A stretch of DNA of 64,000 nt, taken from Octopus sinensis. Its lineage: Eukaryota. Position numbers and translations under genes: made by a program. The DNA lies in assembly GCF_006345805.1 (NCBI RefSeq), contig NC_042998.1:201500001-201564000 (forward strand), written 5' to 3'. The notes under the pieces are model-generated. The model had not been told where the DNA came from. It did not search any database and worked only from the letters and a program-made list of their open reading frames with translations. This document shows positions 26,705 through 40,652 of the stretch, piece after piece (the first letter of the stretch is position 1; each line of letters begins with the position of its first letter).

Positions 26705-27116
26705 AGGCGTAGGAGTGGCCGCGCGGTAATTCCCACTGCGTAGCACCTTGAGCAAGTGTCTTCTACTATAGCCTCGGGCCGGCCAAAGCCTTATGAGTGG
26801 ATTTGGTAGACGGAAACAGAAAGAAGACCGTCGTATATATGTATATGTATATATGTTTATGTGTGTGTGTGTGTATGTATGTTTTCCCCGCCACCAACAT
26901 CGCTTGAAAACCGATGCCGGTATGTTTACGTCCCCGGTATGTTTACGTCACTTAGTTTACGTCCCCGGTATGTTTACGTCACTTAGTGATTCGGCAAAAG
27001 AGACCGATAGAATAAGTACTAGGCCTACAAAGAATAAGTCCAGGGGTCGATTTGCTCGACAAAAGGCGGTGCTTCAGCATGGCCACAGTCAAATGACTGA
27101 AACTAGTAAAAGAGTA
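26705..27116 (+). mobile_element. SINE family A with a head deletion and an internal tandem duplication
   Basis: ggcgtaggagtggc head; gtttacgtccccggtatgtttacgtcactta repeated at ~26924-26985; aaaagagta tail. Confidence 0.92.
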
Positions 27117-27261
27117 ATATTATTATAATCTGTAAAATTATAGATCCCTGCATTATGATTCATAATTCTTCATCAAGATAATGAAAATAAATGGTTAAGA
27201 TTTGGATGCGATGCTAGACAACAACCTGTTTAGATATGTATCTGTGTAAAGATAATTATCT

Positions 27262-27855
27262 CTTGTTGCTGTTGCTATTGTTGTTCTTGTGGTACTTGTT
27301 GATGCTGTTATGGTTGTTGTTGTTGCTGCTGTTGCTGTTGCTGTTGAGCGGTTGGAACGGTGGTCCTTTGCTATTCGTAAGACCCGCAGGTCAACCCCCG
27401 ACACCGCGAGGGATGAGGGATGAGAAATGTATATGTGTTGATTTAACAGATAAGATGGTATGATTCCTTTGATATATTGAAACCTATCAAAACATTGCCT
27501 GTAAGTTTATATGCACAAACACACACACACACAGAGTCACACGCACGTACGTAAACACTCTCTCTCAAAACCAAATATACATTTCAAACATATACACACA
27601 TCCATCGACAGATGGATGAATGCACACCCAGGCTCAGCGGTTGCGTAGGACGTCAGGGACCAGAAACAGGAAGAAAGCGTGGGAGAAAGTCAGGCGAAAG
27701 AGTACAACAGGGGAAGCCACCACCCTCTGCCTGAGCCTCGTGGATCTTTAGGTGTTTTCGCTCAATAAACACACACAACGCCCGGTCTGGGAATCGAAAC
27801 CGCAATCCTCCGACCGCGAGTCCGCTGCCCTAACAATTGGGCCATTGCGCCTCCA
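27262..27855 (-). mobile_element. tRNA(Arg)-like SINE family C with a (CAA)n tail, interrupted by a templated insertion at 27417-27598
   Basis: Head GGAGGCGCAATGGCCCAATTGTTAGGGCAGCGGACTCGCGGTC..GGTTTCGATTCCC; a GC-rich segment resumes at 27416-27346 and is followed by (CAA)n. Confidence 0.8.
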
Positions 27856-27974
27856 CTGCTGCCGCTGTTGTTGCCGGTGTTGTTTCTGTTGTCATTGATA
27901 TTGCTATTGTCGTTATTTTTGTTGATCCTTGTTTTGATGTTGATGTTGCGGTTGTTGTGATGTGTGTTGCTTTT

Positions 27975-28028
27975 ATTGTTTTTGTTGTTGTTGTTGTTGA
28001 TGATGATGATGATGATGATGATGATGAC

Positions 28029-28072
<44 letters not shown>

Positions 28073-28099
28073 GGGTGATGATGATGATGATGATGATGA
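27975..28099 (+). repeat. (GTT)n/(GAT)n trinucleotide microsatellite
   Basis: Directly visible; source of the poly-D/H/M/S ORFs. Confidence 0.97.
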
Positions 28100-29685
28100 C
28101 ATGTGCTGTTTGTTTGGTTCTTAAACCTATTTCTTCCCCCACCAAAATAAAAAAATAATAATCTTTTGTGAGAACACCCCCAGACGATGAAGTAGACTAT
28201 CCCAATACGTAGATATAGAGGGAGTAGACTAGAACAGAGTAGAGTAGAACATACGTGCGACATAACATAATCCATTCATAAGCAACCCATATCTTTTCGA
28301 GAACGTGTATTTATTCCTTCACAGCGTCATTCTATTTACCAATATCCCAGACGGTGCTCAATCAACAGTAATTCGTGAGTCAGTATAGAAATTTCGTCGT
28401 TGATATGTCATTAACCATGTATGCTTCAGAGATGTGTGAAATATGAGTTTTAATTGTAAGATATCAACTTAATTTTTTCCCAATTATCTCCGCACCTCCG
28501 TAGGCCTAAGGTAAAAGTACCACATCGATATTTTTGAGAGTTGACAGATTTACCTTACATTTAAATAGCGTATCCACTATTATTTTTAACAAGTTCAATA
28601 CACAAAAAGCTGAAAAATAGTTTAGTTTGCGGAAAATTCTTTTAGTAGTAGCCGTTTTGATGAACCACTAGTTTCACATCGCCAACAGAAAATATTTTTT
28701 GTTATTTTATTAGGTTATTCATATCAACTCTATCGCTTTCTTTTTTATGATCCCTGTGCTAATGTGTCGCATAAAATAAAAATGTGGAGAGACCATGTAT
28801 AATAATTTTGCTGTAACAAATATGACATAAACCCCTTTGCTTAATATAAGCGTATTATTAAACAACACGGCACGTGTAGTAATAGTCGTTTAAACATCAC
28901 ACCAAGAGTTTTACATGACGTACATTATGCATACGTTACATTTAACAACAAACAGCGATAGTGTTTGCTTAGATGTTTCTATAAAATTCATTCACTGTGA
29001 ATCTAGTTTTAATGTCCAAAGTTTGTAGTTAGGAGATATTATTACATTGTTACCCACTGGAGCTTACTATAATGCATTTTCATACCTTGTTTTGATATTT
29101 CTTTTAGCATTTAATGATGTTGTATTTAGAATTGTGTGAAAAAGCAATCTTTTTTAATGTTACACTGATTGCAATTTAATAATCACTTGCGGAAACGAGA
29201 GATATTAAATAGAAAATTAGTAATTGGTGTGGAATACAAAATTCATATATAAAACGAATTAGTAAGCTATATCAATGTAATGCGTAGATATTCATCCCTG
29301 CTGGAATGATTAGCTTCATTTCGTTGCAAAGGATGCAACGGAGGATGTACAAATATTTGTAAAAGATGCCTTTCAACACTGAATTTTAGAATGATTACCT
29401 GAAATCATTGTATGACGCATAATGAAAGACGTGAATTAGGAACACGTGAAATTACACATAATCTAACAAGCGTACTTAGTATGTACACGCGCACACAGGC
29501 ACACATACACACACACTCACACACACTCCCTCCCTCCGTCTCTGTTTCCCACGCACACACACATATATGTGTGTATGCAAATATATATATATAAATATTT
29601 ACATACATACACACACGAACACATATAAGTATCTATATATTTATGTAACTATACTTGCACACATATTTGAGTATGGGTGTAGGCG

Positions 29686-29754
<69 letters not shown>

Positions 29755-30533
29755 CATGTATAAATACATACATTTATGTGTTTATGTGTGGGGATAAGTC
29801 TATGGGGGTATGTATGTATATATGTATACATGCATGCATACATGTATGCATGTGTGTATGCGTGCATGTATCTATGTATTTATGTATGTATGAATGTATG
29901 TATGCATGTATGTATCCATGTATTTATGTATGTATACATGTATGTATATATGTATGTATATAGTATGTATGTATGTACGCATGCATGTATGTATGTATTT
30001 ATGTATGTATACATGTATGTATGTTTCTGTAGGCTTTGAACAGTCATCAGTGTTTGAGATGATATAAATTGGCAAATAGGAATAAAACACTGAGAACCAA
30101 TGACTGCGTTGTGCACCCAACTTTATTTCTTTTAACTCGCTCGTATTCACTTCCTATAAGTGTAGACACGCATAAAACATGTTTACCGTTTATTACTATT
30201 CTAACCAAGGGTAAAGATATATAAAGCCTAAATTCAATTCTGTGCACGAAGATTCACATCATTATCTGCGCATATGTGTATCTGTCTGCTGGTCTCTCGT
30301 TTTCTCTTTGCATATATATATATGCATGTGTTCATGTATGTGCGTGCGTACTTGTGTGTTTACAAGGTGTACGTTTAGGCCTAAATAATTTATGTGCATC
30401 ATCAAGGCATAATTTCTCTCGCAATTGGCAGGATGACGCAATGAAGCTTAAGGGGGCATATCATGTTTTACAACTTCATATGTTTAACATCCATACACCT
30501 ACACAAACGTATATATTTATATCCATCTATATT

Positions 30534-30577
<44 letters not shown>

Positions 30578-30590
30578 CATACATATATAC

Positions 30591-30630
<40 letters not shown>

Positions 30631-30654
30631 TATATATATATAATATACATATAT

Positions 30655-31470
<816 letters not shown>

Positions 31471-32775
31471 CTCTGCGCAATATACCATCTTAAAATAATC
31501 TCTCATAGAGTCGTTTATGAAAATCAAAATTTAGATGTCCATCATAACGTAAACGTGCGGAAGGAAAATTCTCTTTTTGGGAATCTAAGACATATAGCAG
31601 CCATTGCTGTTCATATTTAATGCAAATGTTGGCAACTTTCACATCTTCAAAATCTATATTTTTCTCCTTAATGTTATTCTATACGAAGTGGAATTTCTCA
31701 GAACTATATTTTGCTTAATTATTTTTTCCTTATTTGAACCAGTGTGATATGTAAAATGTCACACTTCCAGTTAATTCCCTTTGTCATTCAGTGCCGAGAA
31801 AGTTAAGCTGCGTACGTCTGGTGTCACGTTAAAAATCCAATTTTAAATAATAACGCGGTAGGAGATAATACCATCTTGGTTAGCAATGCTATCGCCGATT
31901 TCTTATTGAATGGTACTTGGTTCATCCATCTGGGTAAACCAAGTGACATATGCAAAGGAATAATATACATGATCGTCCTTCTTTTTACAACAGGGTACAG
32001 CTCAGGAAGAAAATGATTTGTAGTGCCATCAAGTACTGTAGAAGAATTTTCCTAGACATCATAGCAAAATTCCTCGTTGATGTGTTAAAATAGAATGTAA
32101 ATTTTTGATATATTACAAGATATTTAATATTTGAGAGAATTACAGCATAGCATTTACACATAAGATTTGATAATGTTTCGGCTTAATCAAACTTCCTCTT
32201 AGATTCCTCAACAACAGCAATATCGATTCTCAAAGGTGGAACATAACTAGTTCATTAACACTTTTTCATTAGGAGCACTTGTTTTAATAAATAATTGTTC
32301 ATGATTAACTTTCACATTGTATACTCATGCTTCTATGCACACCGATGCCTACATGCAGTCTTTATTATACACACATATATCACGAGTCCATGTCAACGCC
32401 TACACAATCGGATGGTGTTATACACTTCGTTATATCCATATTACGATACGTATTGTATCGTTTTTAGCATACGAACGATGCCACTTCGCTGAATAGGAAA
32501 GCAGGTCAACACTTTTTTTCCCCTAAGCCGAAGGCTTGTCCGACGCTGAGTAGCTCATTAACAGCTGAGTGAACTGGTGCAACGTGAACTAGAAGCGCGG
32601 GGCAAATTCAAGCAACAACTTGGTGACTATGAGAAGATCACCCTAACCACGCGCGTTTACACACAAACACACACACAGAGGCACAGACACAAACACACAC
32701 AAACGCACGCACGCACGCGGCTGTATTTATACATTTGTATTTATACAGATGTATTTATACATTTATACGTACGTA

Positions 32776-32811
<36 letters not shown>

Positions 32812-33200
32812 TAACACGCATGCTCATATATGCATACGCTCACTAGAATCATTCCTATTTATAGGAGCATGCTTCAAGATTTTAATGAATAGGTTGAGAA
32901 AGATACCGTAAGGGTTACTATAAGAAATATTATAATTCCTTATTATTTTATATCGATATATTCATAGGGATTAATATTAATTTCCATTTTCAAATTAAAA
33001 ATTTTTTACCTTATAAATTAGAAAATAATTTGTAATTTCTGGTTATGAAAGTCATGTTTTCATTTTATTGGAGAAGTGTAATAAAGAAAACAAAAAAAAA
33101 AAAATATTACAATATCAATTTCGAACTTAGTTTCGAAAAATATATTTTTTAACAGGTATCAAAATCATCCATGCAAGAGATAGATAGATAGAGATAGATC

Positions 33201-33275
<75 letters not shown>

Positions 33276-33423
33276 TGATAGATAGATAGATAGATAGAAA
33301 GATAGATGCATACATGCATACAGAGACAGAGAGACAGGCAGACATATAGATAGATAGATAGATATATAGATATATAGATAGATAGATAGATAGATAGATA
33401 TGATAGAAGAGAGATAGATAGAT

Positions 33424-34946
33424 ATGTTTCTTATTAGCCACACAGGGCTGCAACAGATAGAACAAATTACAAGGTAGAGCTTTTCTTTTGAAGGTATTAA
33501 AAAAAAAAAAAAAAGGAAGGGGGAGGTTCGATCAAAAGGGATCGTGAAAGGAAGAGAAGGGACAAAAATAAGGGGGGTATAAAAAAAAAAAAAAAAAAAA
33601 GGGGGGGGGGGAGGAAAAAAATGATCAATAGGGATCGTTATCACAGAAATGTCAAATGAAGTGTAAAGGGAGAGGACAGGTGCGGTTTACCCGTGGAAAG
33701 AAAAGCCTGCGAAAAGACCACGGTAACCTCGGTCAATGAAGTCACATTTTATATTTCTTTTTTTTTTTTTTTTTTTTTTGCAAATAAGCAACTCTCTGTT
33801 TTCGATTTCTGGGTTCATAGGACTATGCTCAAGGTGGCTTCGTCATTCATACGTGCCATTCTTGCTACATTCACCCATCTTTTTTTAAAACATTCGCTAG
33901 ACAAAACTTGCCTCTCTACTCTCACTTTCCTTTTCAAGTGGTACTTGAAGAAGTTGATGAGAGATTGACCAGAGAGGAAGTGTTTGTCTCCAATCCTTTC
34001 AGACGCGTCCACCAGATACATTCTTTCGCCATAGCCACAAGGATGATGAAATAGCTCTTCCTTCCCGTTTGAAGGAAGGAGGCGTGACAAATTGACGATA
34101 GACTCAGCTGATAAACCGACTCGTCCCACACGTGACAGCAGTTGTTCGACATAAGCCCACAGGTCGGAAATTGTTGGACACTGAACGAGTGCGTGCAGAA
34201 CGGTTTCGTCGCTCTGACCGCATCTCGGGCAGGTCGGCCCCGTGTTTCTCGAGCCGTGTCTGTAGAGCTTATCCCGAACGGGTAGCGCTTCTCGGTAGCA
34301 CTGCCAGGCCAGGGATCTCTGGAAGTTGTCCATGGGCCCTGGCCCGAAAGTCGTCCCGAACAGGCGGTCAGGTACTCCTCGTCGACGTCCAGGTTCGCCC
34401 CGAGCTCGTCGTCGTACCTCCCCTCCACTAAACCCCTATAGAATGCTTTGGTTGTGTTTGAAGTCACTTAAGGTCGACCCAGGACGGCAGAGTTGCCTGA
34501 GAGCAACGCGACACTCGCGGTGCCATTCGCCCTTCCTCGGCCTCTTTTTGATCCACGACTGCAGTTCGGTCATGGAGACGAGCTGCGGGAAAGCGTGCCT
34601 CACAAACGGCGACCACACCTGTTCACCGTCGTCTACATAGAGCCAGAGATGTCGCAGTCTCAGCGCGTGTCTGCGCATCATCAACCACGGCATGCCCACC
34701 CTCCTTTTAACGGTGTGTGACAGCAAATGGATCGCCTGACCATCGGGACGCATCCTTTCCACAAGAAGCGAAAGAGGATGCGTTGTAGTTTGGTGATGGT
34801 AGGGTCGGGACAAGGTACGACGGTCAGGCGGTAGTAGATGACGGACGCGATGTACGTGTTCGCCACCTCCGCTCGACCTTTTAGGGACAGTTTCCTCTCG
34901 GCCCATTGCCGGGCGAGAGTGACCACCCTACTCGTTATCTCGTTCC

Positions 34947-34947
<1 letters not shown>
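33424..34947 (-). mobile_element. 5'-truncated Tx1-type (L1 group) non-LTR retrotransposon inside (GATA)n
   Basis: WAERKLSLKGRAEVAN, FRFLWKG, PLKGG, LAWQCYREALPVRDKL, zinc finger CPRCGQSDETVLHALVQCP; both junctions abut (TATC)n. Confidence 0.9.
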
Positions 34948-34991
<44 letters not shown>

Positions 34992-35024
34992 TATACATAC
35001 AGAGACAGAGAGACAGACATACAC

Positions 35025-35070
<46 letters not shown>

Positions 35071-35172
35071 TGATAGATAGATAGATAGATAGAAAGATAG
35101 ATGCATACATGCATACAGAGACAGAGAGACAGGCAGACATATAGATAGATAGATAGATAGATATATAGATAT

Positions 35173-35251
<79 letters not shown>

Positions 35252-35943
35252 TAGAGAGAGATACACGCATATATCGTTGAGTGTGTGTGTGTATAATATT
35301 CTGAAGAGTTGTTAATTATATCAACGATGATGGAGATGATGACGATGACGAGGACGATGATGTTAGTCATAATGACTTGTACTTCTGGGCACTAATGGCT
35401 TCTTACAACAAGTATAAACACAATGATACGTAAACAATCATATACAGCAATGCGTGAAATTATAAACAAAAAAACAGAAAGAATTATAAATGAACAACTA
35501 AACAAGTGAATTGGAAGAAAATAAATTTAAAGAGAAAACGAGGTGTAAAATGAGTTGCAGGATTAAATAATAAGGAATAAAAACACATTACAACAACAAC
35601 ATTGATTAATAAGCACTGTGCTAATAATTAAAATATCTCCATGCTTAGGGTTTGGCAAACAAGGAAAACGTTATTTCAAAAGAACACCTACGTTCACCAA
35701 TTGAATATCTATAGCTCTGTACCCATAAGATATCCATGTACTTTGAAGAGCGCATTGTTGAAATTGTTATTAAATATAGGGCCGTTGGATAACTTGTAAC
35801 TTAAATTAAATGTCTATTCGATAAATGATGTCAGCCAGCAGCTTCAATGATATAGTATTGAAAAAGTTATATATAGGGTATCACAAAAGCAAATACACAC
35901 ACGTATGCATACACACACACGCACAAACATACACACACACACA

Positions 35944-36018
<75 letters not shown>

Positions 36019-36655
36019 GTTTGAACATCAATTTATCCACAACGGATATGCCTATAAACAATTTAAGTTCTGTTGCTACGTAATTGAAATGTTGGGGAAG
36101 AATACACACGAAAATCAAGAGAATAGTTAAAAGATGAATGCGAATGTAAATTGGTACAGTACGCATAACGAAAAAGGAATGAAACACATTGAAATGCACG
36201 ACCTGTTCTACTCACGCCCATACACGTTCATGTGTAAATGAATTCATACATATACATTTACGCAATCACAAATATATATATATATATTATATATATATAT
36301 ATATATATAAACATATATGTATATGTATAACATATATATATATATATAACCATATATGTATATATATATATATATATATATAACCATATATGTATATATA
36401 TATATATGTGTGTGTGCGTGTCCGTGTGTGTGTGTTTGTGTGTATACATATATGTGTGTGACTACGTATGTATGTATATATGTGTGTGTGTGTAGATCGA
36501 TAAGCGTATATGTGTGTATACAACCTTCAACAAATAACAATCATGTAACTTGAACAGATACATATCAGTACATAAACATACATGTACATACACATGTACA
36601 CACACGCACATACATACATGCATATATACATACATACAAACACCCACACATACAT

Positions 36656-36698
<43 letters not shown>

Positions 36699-36704
36699 AT
36701 ATAT

Positions 36705-36737
<33 letters not shown>

Positions 36738-36756
36738 GTATATATATATATATATA

Positions 36757-36960
36757 GTTAATCCAAACATGAAAGCACGAAAAAACACAACAACGCGAGG
36801 ACGTGGAACAAATATAGTATTATTGGACGTTCAGGAAAGAAGGAAAGAAGGAGGGTTTAACGTTTCGAGCGGAGCTCTTCGTCGGAAATATAGAAGAAGG
36901 AAAGATCCAGAAAAGGGAAGACGGAGGAAAAAAATCGCCAACGGTACACACGCGGTCACC
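36757..36960 (-). mobile_element. Family H1 element with a hammerhead-like motif at 36855-36889
   Basis: Minus strand attt-CCGACGA-agagctccgctc-GAAA-cgTT-aaac; preceded by (TA)n. Confidence 0.8.
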
Positions 36961-37168
36961 ATGAACAAACTTACTTCCACTGATACAGCACGGAATTTTT
37001 GTTAGGGAACAGGCTGCGGTCTCAAAGCGACGAAAATATTTTGTTAAATTAAATATAATGTTGAAGTGTATCTAACAGTTTTTACGTTTTTTAAATGGCT
37101 TATAAACACATTCCACGCTGTAATTATTTACATATAGACATACATAAAACCATATATATATAGATATG

Positions 37169-37262
<94 letters not shown>

Positions 37263-37263
<1 letters not shown>

Positions 37264-37794
37264 AAATTCAACAACAATTAAAGAATGGCTTTAATAGGCC
37301 ATTCGGTCCACTAGAAAAAGCAGCCAGGACTCAAACCGCTAAGTAGTAGTAATCAGAAATTAAATGAAAATTTTAAAATATTTACCCTAATTCATCTTTA
37401 GACGATGCATCGTTTCGGTGTTTTTAATGGCAAACCAGCTTAATTAAATTAAATTAAGTCAATCTTCTACCAAAGGCTACACCTCATCGGTAAAGAAGCC
37501 AGGAGAGACGGATATACACGAGGCATCTGTATCAATGCCCTAGGAATATCTACCCTAAAATTTTCAAAACCATCGTATTCGCGCCAACTTATCAGCAGTA
37601 AATATAAACTGCTGATTCAATCTCAGAATTAGTCAGAAAATCATCAATTAATCAATTTAGGGTAGCAAAAAATTCAATAGAAATTTATCGCTACCAGCGG
37701 TCTAGTGGGAAAGAGAAAATAGTCAAAGACTATATATATAAATTCAACAACAATTAAGGAATGGCCTTAATAGGCCATTCGGTCCACTAGAAAA
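37263..37794 (-). mobile_element. (TA)n-embedded element with a partial direct terminal repeat (pseudo-LTR-like)
   Basis: aaattcaacaacaatt...ggtccactagaaaa at ~37263-37317 repeated at ~37740-37794; contains the hammerhead at 37395-37496. Confidence 0.8.
37395..37496 (-). ncRNA. Type I hammerhead ribozyme motif (U4C core variant)
   Basis: tcttta-CCGATGA-ggtgt...acacc-GAAA-cgatgcatcg-TC-taaaga: 6-bp helix I, 5-bp helix II, palindromic helix III, GUC triplet. Confidence 0.8.
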
Positions 37795-37814
37795 TATATA
37801 TATATATATATATA

Positions 37815-38024
37815 TTCAAAATGTGACCGCGTGTGTACCGTTGGTGATTTTTTCCTCCGTCTTCCCTTCCTTGGATCTTTCCTTTTCCTATATTTCTGAC
37901 GAAGAGCTCCGCTCGAAACGTTAAACCCTCCTTCTTTCCTTCTTTCTTGAAAGTCCAATAATACTATACTTGTTCCACGTCATTGCGTTGTGTTTTTTCT
38001 TGGTGTTTCCATGTATGGATTAAC
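37815..38024 (+). mobile_element. Family H1 element (opposite orientation) with a hammerhead-like motif at 37892-37926
   Basis: attt-CTGACGA-agagc-tcc-gctc-GAAA-cg-TT-aaac; (TA)n flanks. Confidence 0.82.
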
Positions 38025-38032
38025 TATACATA

Positions 38033-38153
<121 letters not shown>

Positions 38154-39932
38154 TTTACATATATATATACACAAATATGTATATGTATATATAAATATTC
38201 TATAATTCTTTCGGATGTATTATTTTCTGAAAAACCTATGAGAGGGTCGAATACATGTGTATCTGTAATCTTCGAAGAGTATTTGTGCCGGAGTAGAAAT
38301 TTGTGTAGAGAACAAGCCAACACCTGCTTAACGCTGTTGATGTATAAATCATCTTTCCACACTTATATATACATACGCATATGTATGCTTACACACCAAT
38401 CACACATTCAAATACACACTTAAAATTGCACAACACACAAACATGCATACATTTTAACTTTGTTGGTAATAGAGTTAATGTAAAATAATTTATAGTTGAA
38501 AATACGAATGAAATTAAATTAATATGACGCAGAGAGAATTACATCATTATCTAGTAACGCTTTTAAAAGGAAGAGCAAATTGGTTACGAGACTCCTTCAT
38601 ATATATCTGTAAATGAGACTAAATATTTATAGTCTATTAAACATTATATATTGTACAAAATTTAAAGAAAAGGACATATTTGTTTTGCTTCTATGAAGTT
38701 GAATTTAACCTGGGAAACACAATATTGGCGAAACTATGGCAATTGTGATTTTGCTTCACAATAATTCTGTTAAAGTTTCTATAATATCTCGTTTATATGG
38801 AAATGTCTCAGAAATCATCTGCGTAAATATTACGGAAGAAAATATTTACCTAATTATATATGTTTCAATTTATGAACTGAATTTTTCTGATGAGATTAAC
38901 GTAACATTAAGTGGTGTTTGAATTGATATATTGTTAAAACGCAAAGAAAGATTGATACATGTTAAGTTCTGCACAAGATGAGTGACACACATGTAGAATA
39001 GATTTTTAAGAATGAAGGATAAAGAGGGCATGTTCGTGAAAAAAGTTGATGAAATAATGTCCTTTAGAAAGGAAACCTACAAAGGAGAACTTTGTTGGCA
39101 AGAATCTAATTTGAAAATTTATATAAATTTTATTATTGAATTTCTGTCAAAGAATTTCCGTGGCAAAAGTTCAAAGATAACGCACTAAAAGCCTTCGTTC
39201 TATTGGCTAAAATTCAAAAGAGACACAGCGTTATAGGAATGTATGGCATTTGTCATCTCCTAAACGGGAACTTCAGAAACGTTTCCAAAAAAAAAACCAA
39301 AAAAAAAAACACGATAGGAAAGTAAAAGATGTCCGCTGAAATTCATTAATGAAACCTCATAACTCTTCTCGCACCGACACATTTCATGACATTAACTTAC
39401 TTTATTTCTAGATATAATTTTATTTCTCTACAGTAACAGTTGTCAATGGATTACTTTAATCATTCAAGGAAATATATACGGTTATATATATATTTCTTAG
39501 TTTTTCACATAAGTGCCAGAATGTCTAAAGGTCATTAATAGCCTACGAATTGTTGCTACAAGGTGTTTCTATGGAAAAATATAGATTATCTAGTTGTTCT
39601 TGAATACAGTTACGAAAGAGAAAAGCTAGCATTTCCAGTTATTTGAGAGAATGTTATCTAATTTAAAGAGATAATTGAAACGATATCAAGATAGAGTGTC
39701 ACTGGCTTTCTAGAAAGAATAATTCCCACTAGAGTAAACAAGGAGTAACTAGTTTTTCCTAATAACATTATGTGATATAAAGATTAATTTTTATTTAACA
39801 ATATTTAGAAACGAATGTATTTAGATATCATTCTCTAGAATATCGACAATACAGACTGACTCTGAATGCAGTATTAAACACTCAGAAATATATTACAATA
39901 CGAAGTAATATTGTTTTCCAAATGTTCTCCAC

Positions 39933-39994
<62 letters not shown>

Positions 39995-40011
39995 ATATAT
40001 ATATATCTATA

Positions 40012-40073
<62 letters not shown>

Positions 40074-40075
40074 AT

Positions 40076-40118
<43 letters not shown>

Positions 40119-40120
<2 letters not shown>

Positions 40121-40551
40121 TAGAGATAAAACCAGTATTAGGCAAATCATACAATGAAAAACTTAAGCCAATACATAAGATTAATTAATTTATATTATTT
40201 AAATATATATCAAAATTATTAAAAAAGATAATTAATATAATTTGATTAAACCTCGCCAAGTTAAATATTTAAACCATTTGAAGGATGACTGTACATCGAA
40301 AATTTTAAGAATTGAACAGTCATGAAACGATGGTAGTGTTATATTAATTATCTTTTTTAATACTTTTGATATGTATTTAAATAATATAAATTAATTAATC
40401 TTATGTATTGGCTTAAGTTTTTCGTTGTATGATTTGCCTAATAGTGGTTTTATCTCTAATTTAATATAATATAATATTTTACTATAAAATTGGATTCGAT
40501 CCTAAATCTGATTTTTCCCTGTAAGTTTGGATTTATTCCCTAATATTTTAT

Positions 40552-40552
<1 letters not shown>
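40119..40552 (+). mobile_element. (TA)n-embedded fold-back element with a degenerate hammerhead-like loop
   Basis: ~120-bp inverted arms 40119-40240 / 40339-40460; loop accat-TTGAAGG-atgactgt...acagtcat-GAAA-cg-atggt. Confidence 0.7.
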
Positions 40553-40631
<79 letters not shown>

Positions 40632-40652
40632 TGTGTGTGTATGTATGTATGT

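Noticed and set aside
23102-27598. A 4.5-kb transposon bounded by 185-bp TIRs
   Set aside because: No TSD or transposase, and the right repeat appears to interrupt a SINE; a templated insertion fits better.
27762-28275. ORFs with poly-D, poly-H, poly-M and poly-S runs
   Set aside because: They are translations of a (GAT)n/(GTT)n microsatellite and the adjacent SINE.
30022-30058. Minus-strand CTGATGA-ctgt...acag-AAAC
   Set aside because: G12, the NUH and the helix I partner are missing, and the sequence runs into a microsatellite; likely chance.
31820-32065. Minus-strand open frames, one resembling a signal peptide
   Set aside because: Early stop in that frame and no recognisable domain.
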